Shown here piece after piece: positions 43,139-51,375 of a stretch of DNA of 64,000 nt. The stretch is from positions 12,496 through 76,495 of the forward strand of contig DATJKA010000047.1 in the NCBI GenBank assembly GCA_035491815.1, given 5' to 3'. The translations under genes were made by a program, and so were the position numbers. The DNA is from Gemmatimonadales bacterium. GTDB lineage: Bacteria; Gemmatimonadota; Gemmatimonadetes; Gemmatimonadales; GWC2-71-9. The notes below the pieces were generated by a model, which was given only the letters and a program-made list of their open reading frames with translations, made no database searches and was not told the origin of the DNA. How positions within the stretch are numbered: the stretch's first letter is position 1; each line of letters starts with the position of its first letter.

Positions 43139-44629
43139 CTACTCCGTATCGATCTGCGCGCGCTGCAGGGTCCCCGAGTAATCGACGTACAGCGTCTTGG
43201 TCTCGGAATAGAAGTCGTAGACTTCCCAGCCGCCCTCGCGATGCCCATTGCCGGTCTGCTTCACGCCGCCGAACGGCAGATGCGCCTCCGCGCCGATCGT
43301 CGGCGCGTTGACGTAGGTGATGCCCGTGTCGAGATCGGTCATCGCCCTGAACGCGCCGTTCACGTCGCGCGTGTAGAGCGCGCTCGACAGGCCGTACTTC
43401 ACGCCGTTGTTGATCTGGATCGCCTCGGAGAGGTCCTTGGCTTTCACGACCGCGAGCACCGGGCCGAAGATCTCTTCCTGCTCGACGCGCATTCCCGGCT
43501 TTACGCCGGTGAGGACCGTCGGCTCGTAGAACCAGCCGCACTCCAGCCGCTTGTCGCCTTGCGGAATCCTCCCGCCAAGCGCCACGCTCGCTCCCTCCTG
43601 CTTTGCGATGTCGACGTATTCGGCGACCTTCTGCCGCGCCTCCTCGTGGATCAGCGGTCCGACCTCGCTCTTCTCGTCGAGTCCGGGACCGAGCCGCAAC
43701 CGCGCGGCGCGATCGGCCACCAGCTGGACGAACTTGTCGTGGATCCTCTCGTGGAGAATGAGTCGGCTCGTCGCCGTGCAGCGCTGACCCGTCGTGCCGA
43801 ACGCGCCCCACAGCACGCCCTCGAGGGCGAGATCGAGATCGGCATCGTCCATGACGATCATCGCGTTCTTGCCGCCCATCTCAAGCGACAGGCGCTTGTG
43901 CATTCTGCCGCACGTGGCGCCGATGGCTGATCCGGTTTCCGTCGACCCGGTGAAGGAGATCACCGGAATGTCGGGATGCTCGACGAGCGCCCGGCCCACC
44001 ACCGAGCCCTGGCCGTGCACCAGCTGCACCACCTCGGGCGGAAGGCCCGCCTCCAGCAGAACCTCGACGAGCAGATGCGCCGTGTGCGGGACGTCCTCGG
44101 CCGGCTTGAAGATCACCCCGTTCCCGCAGAGCAGCGCGGGGAACATCTTCCAGGTGGGAATCGCGAGCGGGAAGTTGAACGGCGTGATCAGGCCGGCGAT
44201 GCCGATGGGCCGCCGGTAGCTCATGGCCCACTTGTTCCGCAGCTCCGACGGCACCACGCGGCCGAAGAGGCGCCGGCCCTCGGTCGCCGCGTAGAAGGCC
44301 GTATCGATGCCTTCCTGCACGTCCCCGCCCGTTTCGGCGAGCACCTTGCCCATTTCGCGCGTCATCGCGCGCGCGATCTCGGCTTTGCGCTCCACGAGCA
44401 GCTGACCCACCCGTTGCAGCACCTGGCCGCGGATCGGCGCCGGCGTCTTGGACCATTGCTGGAATCCGCGTTTGGAGGACGCAATCGCGCGCTTCAGATC
44501 GTCGGGGCCCGAGCGCGGGAAGCGGCCGATCACGTCGTTCCAGTCGGCGGGGTTGCGATTGTCGAAGTACTCGCCGGTGGACGGGGCGACCCAATCGCCG
44601 GCGATGAAGTTTTTGAATTCAGGGGCCAT
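43139..44629 (-). CDS. NAD(P)-dependent aldehyde dehydrogenase family protein
   Basis: 496 aa with FIAGDWV, FPLAIPTWKMFPALLCGNGVIFKPAE, SFTGSTETG, LEMGGKNA, GQRCTATSRLI and PFGGVKQTGNG. Confidence 0.9.
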   Translation of the reverse strand: MAPEFKNFIAGDWVAPSTGEYFDNRNPADWNDVIGRFPRSGPDDLKRAIASSKRGFQQWSKTPAPIRGQVLQRVGQLLVERKAEIARAMTREMGKVLAETGGDVQEGIDTAFYAATEGRRLFGRVVPSELRNKWAMSYRRPIGIAGLITPFNFPLAIPTWKMFPALLCGNGVIFKPAEDVPHTAHLLVEVLLEAGLPPEVVQLVHGQGSVVGRALVEHPDIPVISFTGSTETGSAIGATCGRMHKRLSLEMGGKNAMIVMDDADLDLALEGVLWGAFGTTGQRCTATSRLILHERIHDKFVQLVADRAARLRLGPGLDEKSEVGPLIHEEARQKVAEYVDIAKQEGASVALGGRIPQGDKRLECGWFYEPTVLTGVKPGMRVEQEEIFGPVLAVVKAKDLSEAIQINNGVKYGLSSALYTRDVNGAFRAMTDLDTGITYVNAPTIGAEAHLPFGGVKQTGNGHREGGWEVYDFYSETKTLYVDYSGTLQRAQIDTE

Positions 44630-44641
44630 GGTGTTCGGAAG

Positions 44642-45127
44642 TTAGGGGCAGAGGAACGGAACGGGAGTCTTGCCGAAGTAGCGCGGCAGCAGCTCGCGAC
44701 CCGCGAGCGCGAGACCCCAGATGATCAGGATGATCGAAAGCGTATGGGCGATGCCGAGCCGGCGTTTCCACGATGTCAGCGCGCTCCACACACCGGCCAC
44801 CGACACCACCGTCGCACCAACGAGATACAGGCCGAGTCTCCAGCCGCAGGCATGTGCATACGGCCACAACAGCATGCCGACGCCCAGGGCGAGGCCAAGG
44901 CCCACGCGCATCCACGTCGTGAGCCATGCGCGGCCGCGCGCCGGACCGGTATGCATCGTCGCGGCTCCGCCGGCCGCCGCACCAGCCGTGCCGGCGTGCG
45001 GCGAAACCGGCACCGTCGGAACCCCGCGGCCCAGCGACGGATCGGCGTCCGGCAGCTTCGCGAGCAGCTTGTCGACCTCGCGCATCTCGCGATCCCAGTC
45101 GCGTTCTTTCTGATCCTTCTCTTTCAC
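44642..45127 (-). CDS. hypothetical membrane protein (charged N-terminus, about 3 TM helices)
   Basis: GTG 45127 is preceded by AAGGAGG at 6-nt spacing and overlaps the activator gene TGA (GTGA). Hydrophobic segments include WMRVGLGLALGVGMLLW, LGLYLVGATVVSVAGVW and TLSIILIIWGLALAG. Confidence 0.55.
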   Translation of the reverse strand: MKEKDQKERDWDREMREVDKLLAKLPDADPSLGRGVPTVPVSPHAGTAGAAAGGAATMHTGPARGRAWLTTWMRVGLGLALGVGMLLWPYAHACGWRLGLYLVGATVVSVAGVWSALTSWKRRLGIAHTLSIILIIWGLALAGRELLPRYFGKTPVPFLCP

Positions 45128-46539
45128 CAAACACCTCCTTCACCACCGCGCGCCAATCCGTAGCGTTCGATCTTCTTGTAGAGATTGCTGCGCGGCATGT
45201 TCAAAATGCGCGCGGTCTCGGACACGTTCCAGTCGTACTGCTGCAGCTTGCTGAACAGGAACGCGCGCTCGGCCGCTTGCTTGAAGTCTTCGAAGGTTTT
45301 GGCACGCAGCCAATCCGCGTCGCCCACCGCTCCGGCGGCGGGAGCGCTCGGCGCTCGTCCGGTGCTCCCGTCTCCCTTGCCGACCAATCGCTCGACGTCA
45401 CCCGACGTGATCGTGGATCCCGACGCGAGAATGAGCAGCCGCTCGACCGCGTTCTTGAGCTCGCGAATGTTGCCCGGCCAGTCGTGCGCCGTGAGACGCT
45501 CCAGCGCGGCCGCCGCGAAGGTCTTGGCCGGCAGTCCCGCCCCTTTGGTGAGCTGCTCGGAAAAATGCTGGACGAGCTGGGCGATATCGCCGCGTCGTTC
45601 GCGCAGCGGCGGCACCTCAATCGGGATGACGTTCAAGCGATGCAGCAGGTCCTCGCGAAACCGCTCCATCGCGATTTCGCTTTCCAGGTCCTTGTTCGTC
45701 GCCGCAATCACGCGCACGTCGACCGACACGGCTTTCCCCGAGCCGACGGGCGAGATCGCGCCCTCCTGGAGCGCGCGCAGCACTTTCGCCTGCGCCGACA
45801 GGCTCATGTCGCCGACTTCGTCGAGAAACAGCGTGCCACCGTCGGCCAACTCGAACTTGCCGGCGCGGTCGGAGAAGGCCCCCGTAAAGCTGCCTTTCAC
45901 GTGACCGAACAGCTCGCTCTCGATCAGCTCGGCGGGGATCGCGGCACAGTTGACTTCGACGAACGGTCCGGAGGCGCGCGGGCTGAGCGCGTGGATCGCG
46001 CGCGCGACGAGCTCCTTCCCCGTGCCGTTCTCCCCCGTGATGAGCACGCGCGCCGGCGTCGGCGCCACCTTTTCGATCAGCGCGATGACGTTCCGGATCG
46101 GCTTGCTCGTGCCGACGATCTCGTACTGCGCCCGCACCTCCTGTTTGAGCCGGACATTTTCGTTCACCAGCACGACGTGGTGGAGCGCGTTGCGCAGCGT
46201 GAGCAGGATGCGATCGGTGTCGAGCGGCTTTTCGAGGAAGTCGTAGGCGCCGAGCTGCGTCGCTTCGACCGCGGTCTGGATGGTGCCGTGCCCGGAGATC
46301 ATCACGACCTGCGCCTGGCCATCGAGCCCGCGAATGCGCTTCAGCGTTTCGAGCCCGTCCATCCCTTCCATTTTGACGTCGAGAAACACGAGGTGCGGCC
46401 TGAATTCGGGGTAGACGCGCACCGCCTCGTGTCCGGACCCGCACGCTTGCACTTCGATTTGCTCGTACTCGAGGACCTGCTTCAGCGCTTCGCGGATGCC
46501 CTTCTCGTCGTCGACGATCAGCACGCGCCGCTTCGTCAT
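45124..46539 (-). CDS. sigma-54-dependent response regulator (NtrC/Fis family: REC + AAA+ + HTH)
   Basis: MTKRRVLIVDDEKGIREAL...FLDVKMEGMDG (receiver). VLITGENGTGKE, ESELFGHVKGSFTGA and GGTLFLDEVG (sigma-54 interaction). NVSETARILNMPRSNLYKKIERYGL (Fis HTH). The ORF extension to 47121 is rejected. Confidence 0.9.
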   Translation of the reverse strand: MTKRRVLIVDDEKGIREALKQVLEYEQIEVQACGSGHEAVRVYPEFRPHLVFLDVKMEGMDGLETLKRIRGLDGQAQVVMISGHGTIQTAVEATQLGAYDFLEKPLDTDRILLTLRNALHHVVLVNENVRLKQEVRAQYEIVGTSKPIRNVIALIEKVAPTPARVLITGENGTGKELVARAIHALSPRASGPFVEVNCAAIPAELIESELFGHVKGSFTGAFSDRAGKFELADGGTLFLDEVGDMSLSAQAKVLRALQEGAISPVGSGKAVSVDVRVIAATNKDLESEIAMERFREDLLHRLNVIPIEVPPLRERRGDIAQLVQHFSEQLTKGAGLPAKTFAAAALERLTAHDWPGNIRELKNAVERLLILASGSTITSGDVERLVGKGDGSTGRAPSAPAAGAVGDADWLRAKTFEDFKQAAERAFLFSKLQQYDWNVSETARILNMPRSNLYKKIERYGLARGGEGGVW

Positions 46540-47195
46540 GGCGATCGCCGCTTGTAGAGGACGACACCGGTGGGGTGGACCTTCACGTCGGTCACCGCCG
46601 GGTCCACCTTCACCGGGACCGCGCCGTTCGACGAAGCGCCCGCCATCTGTTTCGTGAGTTGCTTGACCAAGGGGCTGGGGATCTCGATTCCCCGCAGCGT
46701 GATCTCGGTGATGTCGTACAGCGCGGTGCCGGGCCGCCCGATCGATACCGAACCCGCCATGCGCAGCGGCTCGTGCTCGCCGAACATCCCGGCGAACGGA
46801 CCGAGCGTTCCCGGCGGCAGGGCACGCGTGTCGAGGCGGGCGTGCAGGATCAGCTTGCCCTCCTGCAGCTCGACGCGCAGCGAGTCGTACATCTTGCGGA
46901 CGTTCCAGTCGATCCCGGCGCCGATCAACGAGGCCATCTCGTTCGGCGTGAGGACGACGGAATCCGGCCCCGCGCTCGTCCGTAGATTGCCGACTTTCTT
47001 CTGCCCCGACGCGGTCGCCGCAGGCGTCGGGGCGCCGACGGCCGTATCGGCAACCGGCGGCAGCGCGGTCGAGCGTCCGAACCAGTGCGCGACCTGCGCC
47101 ATGATCGGCTCGCGGAACCACCAGGCGAGGGCGAGCACGCAGATGACGACCAGCGCGCAGCCGAGCCTGAAGACGCCTTTAAGACAACCGTTCAT
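46536..47195 (-). CDS. hypothetical N-terminally anchored protein
   Basis: ATG 47195 gives MNGCLKGVFRLGCALVVICVLALAWWF (anchor or signal). No recognisable domain. The stop overlaps the activator ATG (ATGA). Confidence 0.5.
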   Translation of the reverse strand: MNGCLKGVFRLGCALVVICVLALAWWFREPIMAQVAHWFGRSTALPPVADTAVGAPTPAATASGQKKVGNLRTSAGPDSVVLTPNEMASLIGAGIDWNVRKMYDSLRVELQEGKLILHARLDTRALPPGTLGPFAGMFGEHEPLRMAGSVSIGRPGTALYDITEITLRGIEIPSPLVKQLTKQMAGASSNGAVPVKVDPAVTDVKVHPTGVVLYKRRSP

Positions 47196-47859
47196 GGTGT
47201 TTGACCTGATACACCGGGCCGTCCTTCTGGAGCATGCTCTGCATGAGATCAACCTGGTCGATGCTCACGGTCGCAGCGAACTCCGTGCCGACGAGAATCT
47301 CCTCGAGTCCAGCGAAGTCCCGGGGGCGGGCATCGCGCGTCGCGCGCCCCAGCGTGACGTGCGGCCGAAACGCCCGCGCCTCCGTGGGAAAGCCGAGCGG
47401 CGCGAATGCCTGCTCGACCGCGTGCTGCAGCAGCTCGAGCGCCGGCTCGGGCGTCACGCCGGCCCAGAGCACGTGCGGCCGGTGATAATCGGGAAACACG
47501 CCGAAGCCCGTGACCTCGACCGTGAGCGGCCGCTCTGCACCCCGCGTGCCCGCCGCCTGCTGCAAGGCGCGCGTGAGCTCCGGCTCACGCGTGTCGTCCA
47601 CATCGCCGAGGAACTTGAGACTCAGATGAATGTTTTCGGGCCGGACCCATTTCACCGGTAACTGCTCGCGACGCCTGCGCAGCGGCGCCAGCGCTTCCCA
47701 CAGCTCCTGGCGCACCGCCTGAGGAAAGTTCAACGCGACGAATGCTCTAACAGGCTCCCCCTGCGGTAGCCGCGAGGATCGATTTCGACGTCGCCGAACC
47801 CGAGCAATCCGAGATACGCGCTGATCGTCGCGCGGCGTTCTTCGAGCCACGGAATCCAC
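47179..47859 (-). CDS. thpR: RNA 2',3'-cyclic phosphodiesterase ThpR/LigT (2H phosphoesterase); start uncertain
   Basis: RAFVALNFP, HLSLKFLG and HVTLGRA (two HxT/S motifs). This is the longest ORF. Homology begins near 47751, where no canonical start exists, and TTG 47733 is an alternative (see finding). Confidence 0.75.
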   Translation of the reverse strand: MDSVARRTPRDDQRVSRIARVRRRRNRSSRLPQGEPVRAFVALNFPQAVRQELWEALAPLRRRREQLPVKWVRPENIHLSLKFLGDVDDTREPELTRALQQAAGTRGAERPLTVEVTGFGVFPDYHRPHVLWAGVTPEPALELLQHAVEQAFAPLGFPTEARAFRPHVTLGRATRDARPRDFAGLEEILVGTEFAATVSIDQVDLMQSMLQKDGPVYQVKHHERLS

Positions 47860-48521
47860 GTCCGCTCGACCTCGAGCCGCGCCCGATCGCCGAGATGTCT
47901 CACCCGCAAGTCTCCGGTGACGCCTAATGACCGCAGATACGCTTCGCCCTGCTCGACCTGTTTCAAGCGCGACGGCGTGATGGTCAGGCCGTATTGGACG
48001 CGGCTCGACAAACAGGGCGCGGCGGGCGCATCCCAGGTTGGCAGCTCGAGCTCGCGGGATGCCGCCCTGATCTCCGCTTTGGTCATGCCGGCTTCGGCGA
48101 GCGGAGAGCGGACTCCGGCCTGGACGCCGGCCGCTTTCCCCGGCCGGTGTTCACGCAAATCGTCGGCATTCGTGCCGTCGCAAACGACCGCGAGGCCACG
48201 CTCGGCCGCCAACGGGACGAGCCGCTTCCAAAGCTCAGTCTTGCAGTAGAAGCAGCGGTTCGTCGGATTGGCGAGGTATTTCGGATCCTCGAGCTCGTGG
48301 GTATGGATCTCGATGAGCGGGATGTCGAATCGCGTCGCGATCTCCCGTGCCATCTGCCATTGGGCATCTGGGTAGGAGGCACTGCGGCCGATCGCGGCGA
48401 GCAGACGGCCTTTGCCGAGCTCCTGCCGCAGCACGACTGCGAGCAGTGCGGAATCGACCCCACCGGAATAGCCCAACAGGACAGAAGGAAAGGAGCGAAC
48501 GAGGGTTCGTAGGGCTTCCAT
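47730..48521 (-). CDS. larE: PP-loop ATP pyrophosphatase, LarE/TIGR00268 family
   Basis: LLGYSGGVDSALLAVV (PP-loop SGGxDS), NRCFYCKTELW, CDGTNADDLREHRPG and CLSSRVQYG. Confidence 0.8.
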   Translation of the reverse strand: MEALRTLVRSFPSVLLGYSGGVDSALLAVVLRQELGKGRLLAAIGRSASYPDAQWQMAREIATRFDIPLIEIHTHELEDPKYLANPTNRCFYCKTELWKRLVPLAAERGLAVVCDGTNADDLREHRPGKAAGVQAGVRSPLAEAGMTKAEIRAASRELELPTWDAPAAPCLSSRVQYGLTITPSRLKQVEQGEAYLRSLGVTGDLRVRHLGDRARLEVERTWIPWLEERRATISAYLGLLGFGDVEIDPRGYRRGSLLEHSSR

Positions 48522-48649
48522 GCGCCCGAATAGTACCCCTAGGGCTGTCCTAAACCAAGGACAATGCGGTTGGCGAAACAGGATATTCCGTAGGAAGGAA
48601 CCAGATTAGACTTACGAAGCGTTCACAGCACAACCTGGGGGCCTTCCAA

Positions 48650-49129
48650 ATGTCCGCCAAGACCGAGCTCGATACCACCGATCGACGTATCCTCCGCATC
48701 CTCGCTCAGGACGGCCGCGCGAGCTATCAGGCGGTGGCGGACGAAGTCGGCCTGTCGCGACCGGCGATCATGGAGCGCGTGAAGCGCCTCGAAGAGGCGG
48801 GATACATCCGCGGCTACCGCGTGCAACTCGATCGGGCGAAGGTCGGTTTCCCGGTCACGGCGTTCGTGGCGGTGCGGTACGGGTCGAGCGACTACGTCGG
48901 CGACGAGCCCCGCATGCGCGAGATGGAAAAGCATCCCGGCGTGCTCGAGTGCCATCACATCGCGGGCGACGACTGCTACATCCTGAAAGTCGTGGCACCC
49001 GACCTCGAGGGCGTCCAGGAAATCTTGCGGGACCTGCGCGGCCCGAATTCGCAGATGAACACGCGCACCACGATCGTGCTGTCCACACTCTTCGAGAAGG
49101 CGGGCTTCATTCCGTCGGAGCCCGACTGA
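48650..49129 (+). CDS. Lrp/AsnC-family transcriptional regulator
   Basis: LDTTDRRILRILAQDGRASYQAVADEVGLSRPAIMERVKRLEEAGYIRGY (HTH) plus a C-terminal RAM-type domain. Confidence 0.9.
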   Translation: MSAKTELDTTDRRILRILAQDGRASYQAVADEVGLSRPAIMERVKRLEEAGYIRGYRVQLDRAKVGFPVTAFVAVRYGSSDYVGDEPRMREMEKHPGVLECHHIAGDDCYILKVVAPDLEGVQEILRDLRGPNSQMNTRTTIVLSTLFEKAGFIPSEPD

Positions 49130-50076
49130 TGGCCACGCTCAAGGGCAAGGCGCTCGTCGCCTACCTGCTCGTCTGCGTCCTCTGGGGCTCGACCTATCTC
49201 GCGATCAAAGTCGGCGTCACGGAGCTGCCGCCGTTCCTGTTCGCCGGGCTGCGTTTCTTGACGGGCGGCCTCGTGCTGCTCACCATCGCCCGCGCCTTCG
49301 GTGACCCGTTCCCGAAAGAAGCGCGCGACTGGCGGACCCTCGCGATCGTCGGCGTGCTGCTGCTCGCCGGCGGCAACGCCTTTGTCGTGTGGTCGGAGCA
49401 GTTCATCGGGTCGGGGATCGCGAGCATCTTCGTCGTCACCGTCGCGATGTGGACGGCGCTGTTCGACGCGATCATCCCCGGCGGCACGGGCGACCTCACG
49501 TGGCGCATCGTCGCCGGTCTGCTGCTCGGCTTTCTCGGCACGCTGCTCCTCGTCGGTGCCACACCGGCCGAAATTCTCGCGGCCGACAAGCGCGGACCGC
49601 TGGCGTTGACGCTCGCGAGTGCGTCCTGGTCGCTCGGCACCGTCTACGCGAAGCGGCATCACACCAAGGTGAGCCCGTACATGGGCGCCGCGATTCAGAT
49701 GATCATCGGCGGCAGTCTCGTCGCGCTGGTGGGGACCGTGCTCGGTGAGTGGCCGGCCTGGCATCTCAGCACGCGCGGTATCGGCGCCATTGCCTATCTC
49801 GTGGTTTTCGGCTCGGTCGTCGGCTACAGCGCCTACTCGTACGCACTCCGTCATGCCTCGGCGACGATCGTCGGCACGTACGCGTACGTGAATCCCGTCA
49901 TCGCCGTCTTGTTGGGCTGGCTGTTGCTGCATGAATCGGTGGGGCCACGCACATTTGTCGCGATGGCCATGATCTTGACGGCCGTTGTGTGGATTCAGTT
50001 CTCGCACCGGCTGAAGCGTCCGGCCGTCGGGCCGGCCGGCCCTCCGACCGTCGAACCTGAACCGGAGATCTCATGA
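49129..50076 (+). CDS. EamA/DMT-family transporter
   Basis: ATG 49129 overlaps the lrp-family TGA by 1 nt. Ten-TM-type sequence with LLVCVLWGSTYLAIKVG and the duplicated EamA pattern. The ORF extension to 48949 is rejected. Confidence 0.85.
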   Translation: MATLKGKALVAYLLVCVLWGSTYLAIKVGVTELPPFLFAGLRFLTGGLVLLTIARAFGDPFPKEARDWRTLAIVGVLLLAGGNAFVVWSEQFIGSGIASIFVVTVAMWTALFDAIIPGGTGDLTWRIVAGLLLGFLGTLLLVGATPAEILAADKRGPLALTLASASWSLGTVYAKRHHTKVSPYMGAAIQMIIGGSLVALVGTVLGEWPAWHLSTRGIGAIAYLVVFGSVVGYSAYSYALRHASATIVGTYAYVNPVIAVLLGWLLLHESVGPRTFVAMAMILTAVVWIQFSHRLKRPAVGPAGPPTVEPEPEIS

Positions 50077-50642
50077 GCGCGGTGCTTCCTCACGACGCGG
50101 TTCTCCTGATCATCGATGTCCAGAAGGGCATGGACGTCTATGCGGCGCGCCTCAATCGCAACAACCCGGAGCTCGAGCAGAACATCGCGCGGCTGCAGGC
50201 GGCGTGGCGCAAGTCGGGGCGGCCGATCATCCACGTCCAGCATCTGTCGCGGGAGCCGAAGTCCCCGCTGCGACCCGGACAACCGGGCGTCGAGATCAAG
50301 GATGAAGTGCGGCCGCTCGTCGGCGAGCCGGTGGTGCAGAAGTCGGTGAACAGCGCGTTTATCGGCACATCGCTCGAAGCGGACCTGCGCCGCCGCGGCC
50401 TCACGACGCTCGTTCTGGTCGGCTTGCAGACCAACATGTGCGTCTCGACCACCGCGCGCATGGCGGGGAACCTCGGCTTTACGACGTTCGTCGTGTCCGA
50501 CGCGACCGCGACGTTCGACAACACCGGGCCCAACGGAACGCGGTACCCCTCAGCGCTGTTGCATGACGTCGCACTGGCGGATCTCCACGGCGAATTCGCG
50601 ACCGTGATCGATACCAACACCCTGCTGGAGCGCGCCTCATGA
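50073..50642 (+). CDS. isochorismatase-family cysteine hydrolase
   Basis: AVLLIIDVQKG, VVQKSVNSAF and LVLVGLQTNMCVSTTAR (catalytic Cys context). Confidence 0.85.
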   Translation: MSAVLPHDAVLLIIDVQKGMDVYAARLNRNNPELEQNIARLQAAWRKSGRPIIHVQHLSREPKSPLRPGQPGVEIKDEVRPLVGEPVVQKSVNSAFIGTSLEADLRRRGLTTLVLVGLQTNMCVSTTARMAGNLGFTTFVVSDATATFDNTGPNGTRYPSALLHDVALADLHGEFATVIDTNTLLERAS

Positions 50643-51004
50643 GTGTTCGCAAGGTCAATCTCGCGGAAATGTTCGGCCGATTTCAGGATCAGTGGAGCCC
50701 GAAGGTCATCGGCGAGGTGAACGACTGCCACGTGAAGCTCACCAAGCTGAAGGGCGAGTTCGTATGGCATCATCACGAGACCGAAGACGAGCTATTCCTC
50801 GTGGTGAAAGGTCGGCTGCGGATGAAGCTGCGCGGCTCGGAGCTCGTCATCGAGCCCGGTGAATTCGTCATCATTCCGCACGGCGTCGAACATTTGCCCA
50901 TCGCGGACGAGGAAACCCACGTGCTGTTGTTCGAGCCCAACTCGACTCTCAACACCGGAAACGTCCGCAATGAACGCACCGTCGCCACGCTCGACCGGCT
51001 CTAA
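50639..51004 (+). CDS. cupin-domain protein
   Basis: 121 aa with GEFVWHHHETEDELFLVVKG and GEFVIIPHGVEH, the two cupin motifs. Confidence 0.8.
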   Translation: MSVRKVNLAEMFGRFQDQWSPKVIGEVNDCHVKLTKLKGEFVWHHHETEDELFLVVKGRLRMKLRGSELVIEPGEFVIIPHGVEHLPIADEETHVLLFEPNSTLNTGNVRNERTVATLDRL

Positions 51005-51320
51005 ACCCGGAGCCCTGATCGCGCGGATCTGGCACGGCGTCACGCCGGCCGCCCGCGCCGACGAATACACCGCGTATCTCGACCAGACCGGCGTCCGCGA
51101 GTGCCGCGCGACACCCGGCAATCGCGGCGTCTACGTGCTGCGCCGCATCCAGCACGACCGCGCGCAGTTCACGTTCGTCTCGCTGTGGGAATCCTTCGAC
51201 GCGATCCGGCGCTTCGCCGGAGAGGACTATGAGAAAGCCCGCTACTTCCCGGAAGACCGCGAGTTCCTCATCGAGCTCGAACCGTTCGTCGAACACTTCG
51301 AGGTCGTCGGAGGAGATTAG
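50970..51320 (+). CDS. ABM/Dabb-fold (antibiotic biosynthesis monooxygenase-like) protein
   Basis: LIARIWHGVTPAARADEYTAYL...FTFVSLWESFDAIRRFAG matches the ABM-domain pattern. ATG 50970 is chosen, and the ORF could begin at 50859. Confidence 0.6.
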   Translation: MNAPSPRSTGSKPGALIARIWHGVTPAARADEYTAYLDQTGVRECRATPGNRGVYVLRRIQHDRAQFTFVSLWESFDAIRRFAGEDYEKARYFPEDREFLIELEPFVEHFEVVGGD

Positions 51321-51375
51321 CCTCGACCCGCCGGACGCGCGCGGTTGGGACGAGCTGCGCAAGATCGGCCACCGC

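Noticed and set aside
45824-45838. Sigma-54 promoter-like TGGCAC-N5-TTCT on the minus strand, plus several other TGGCAC hits (e.g. near 1245, 3017, 10634 and 63065).
   Set aside because: All lie inside coding sequence. This one encodes the conserved GGTLFLDE of the activator itself. All lack the TTGC element at correct spacing.
48522-48649. GGAAGGAAC resembles the SRP (4.5S) RNA GGAAGGAAGCAGCC core and comes with a closing helix.
   Set aside because: The remainder of the conserved domain IV (the symmetric and asymmetric loops and the GNAR tetraloop context) is absent. The region is AT-rich, unlike a structural RNA in this genome, and it is a divergent promoter gap.
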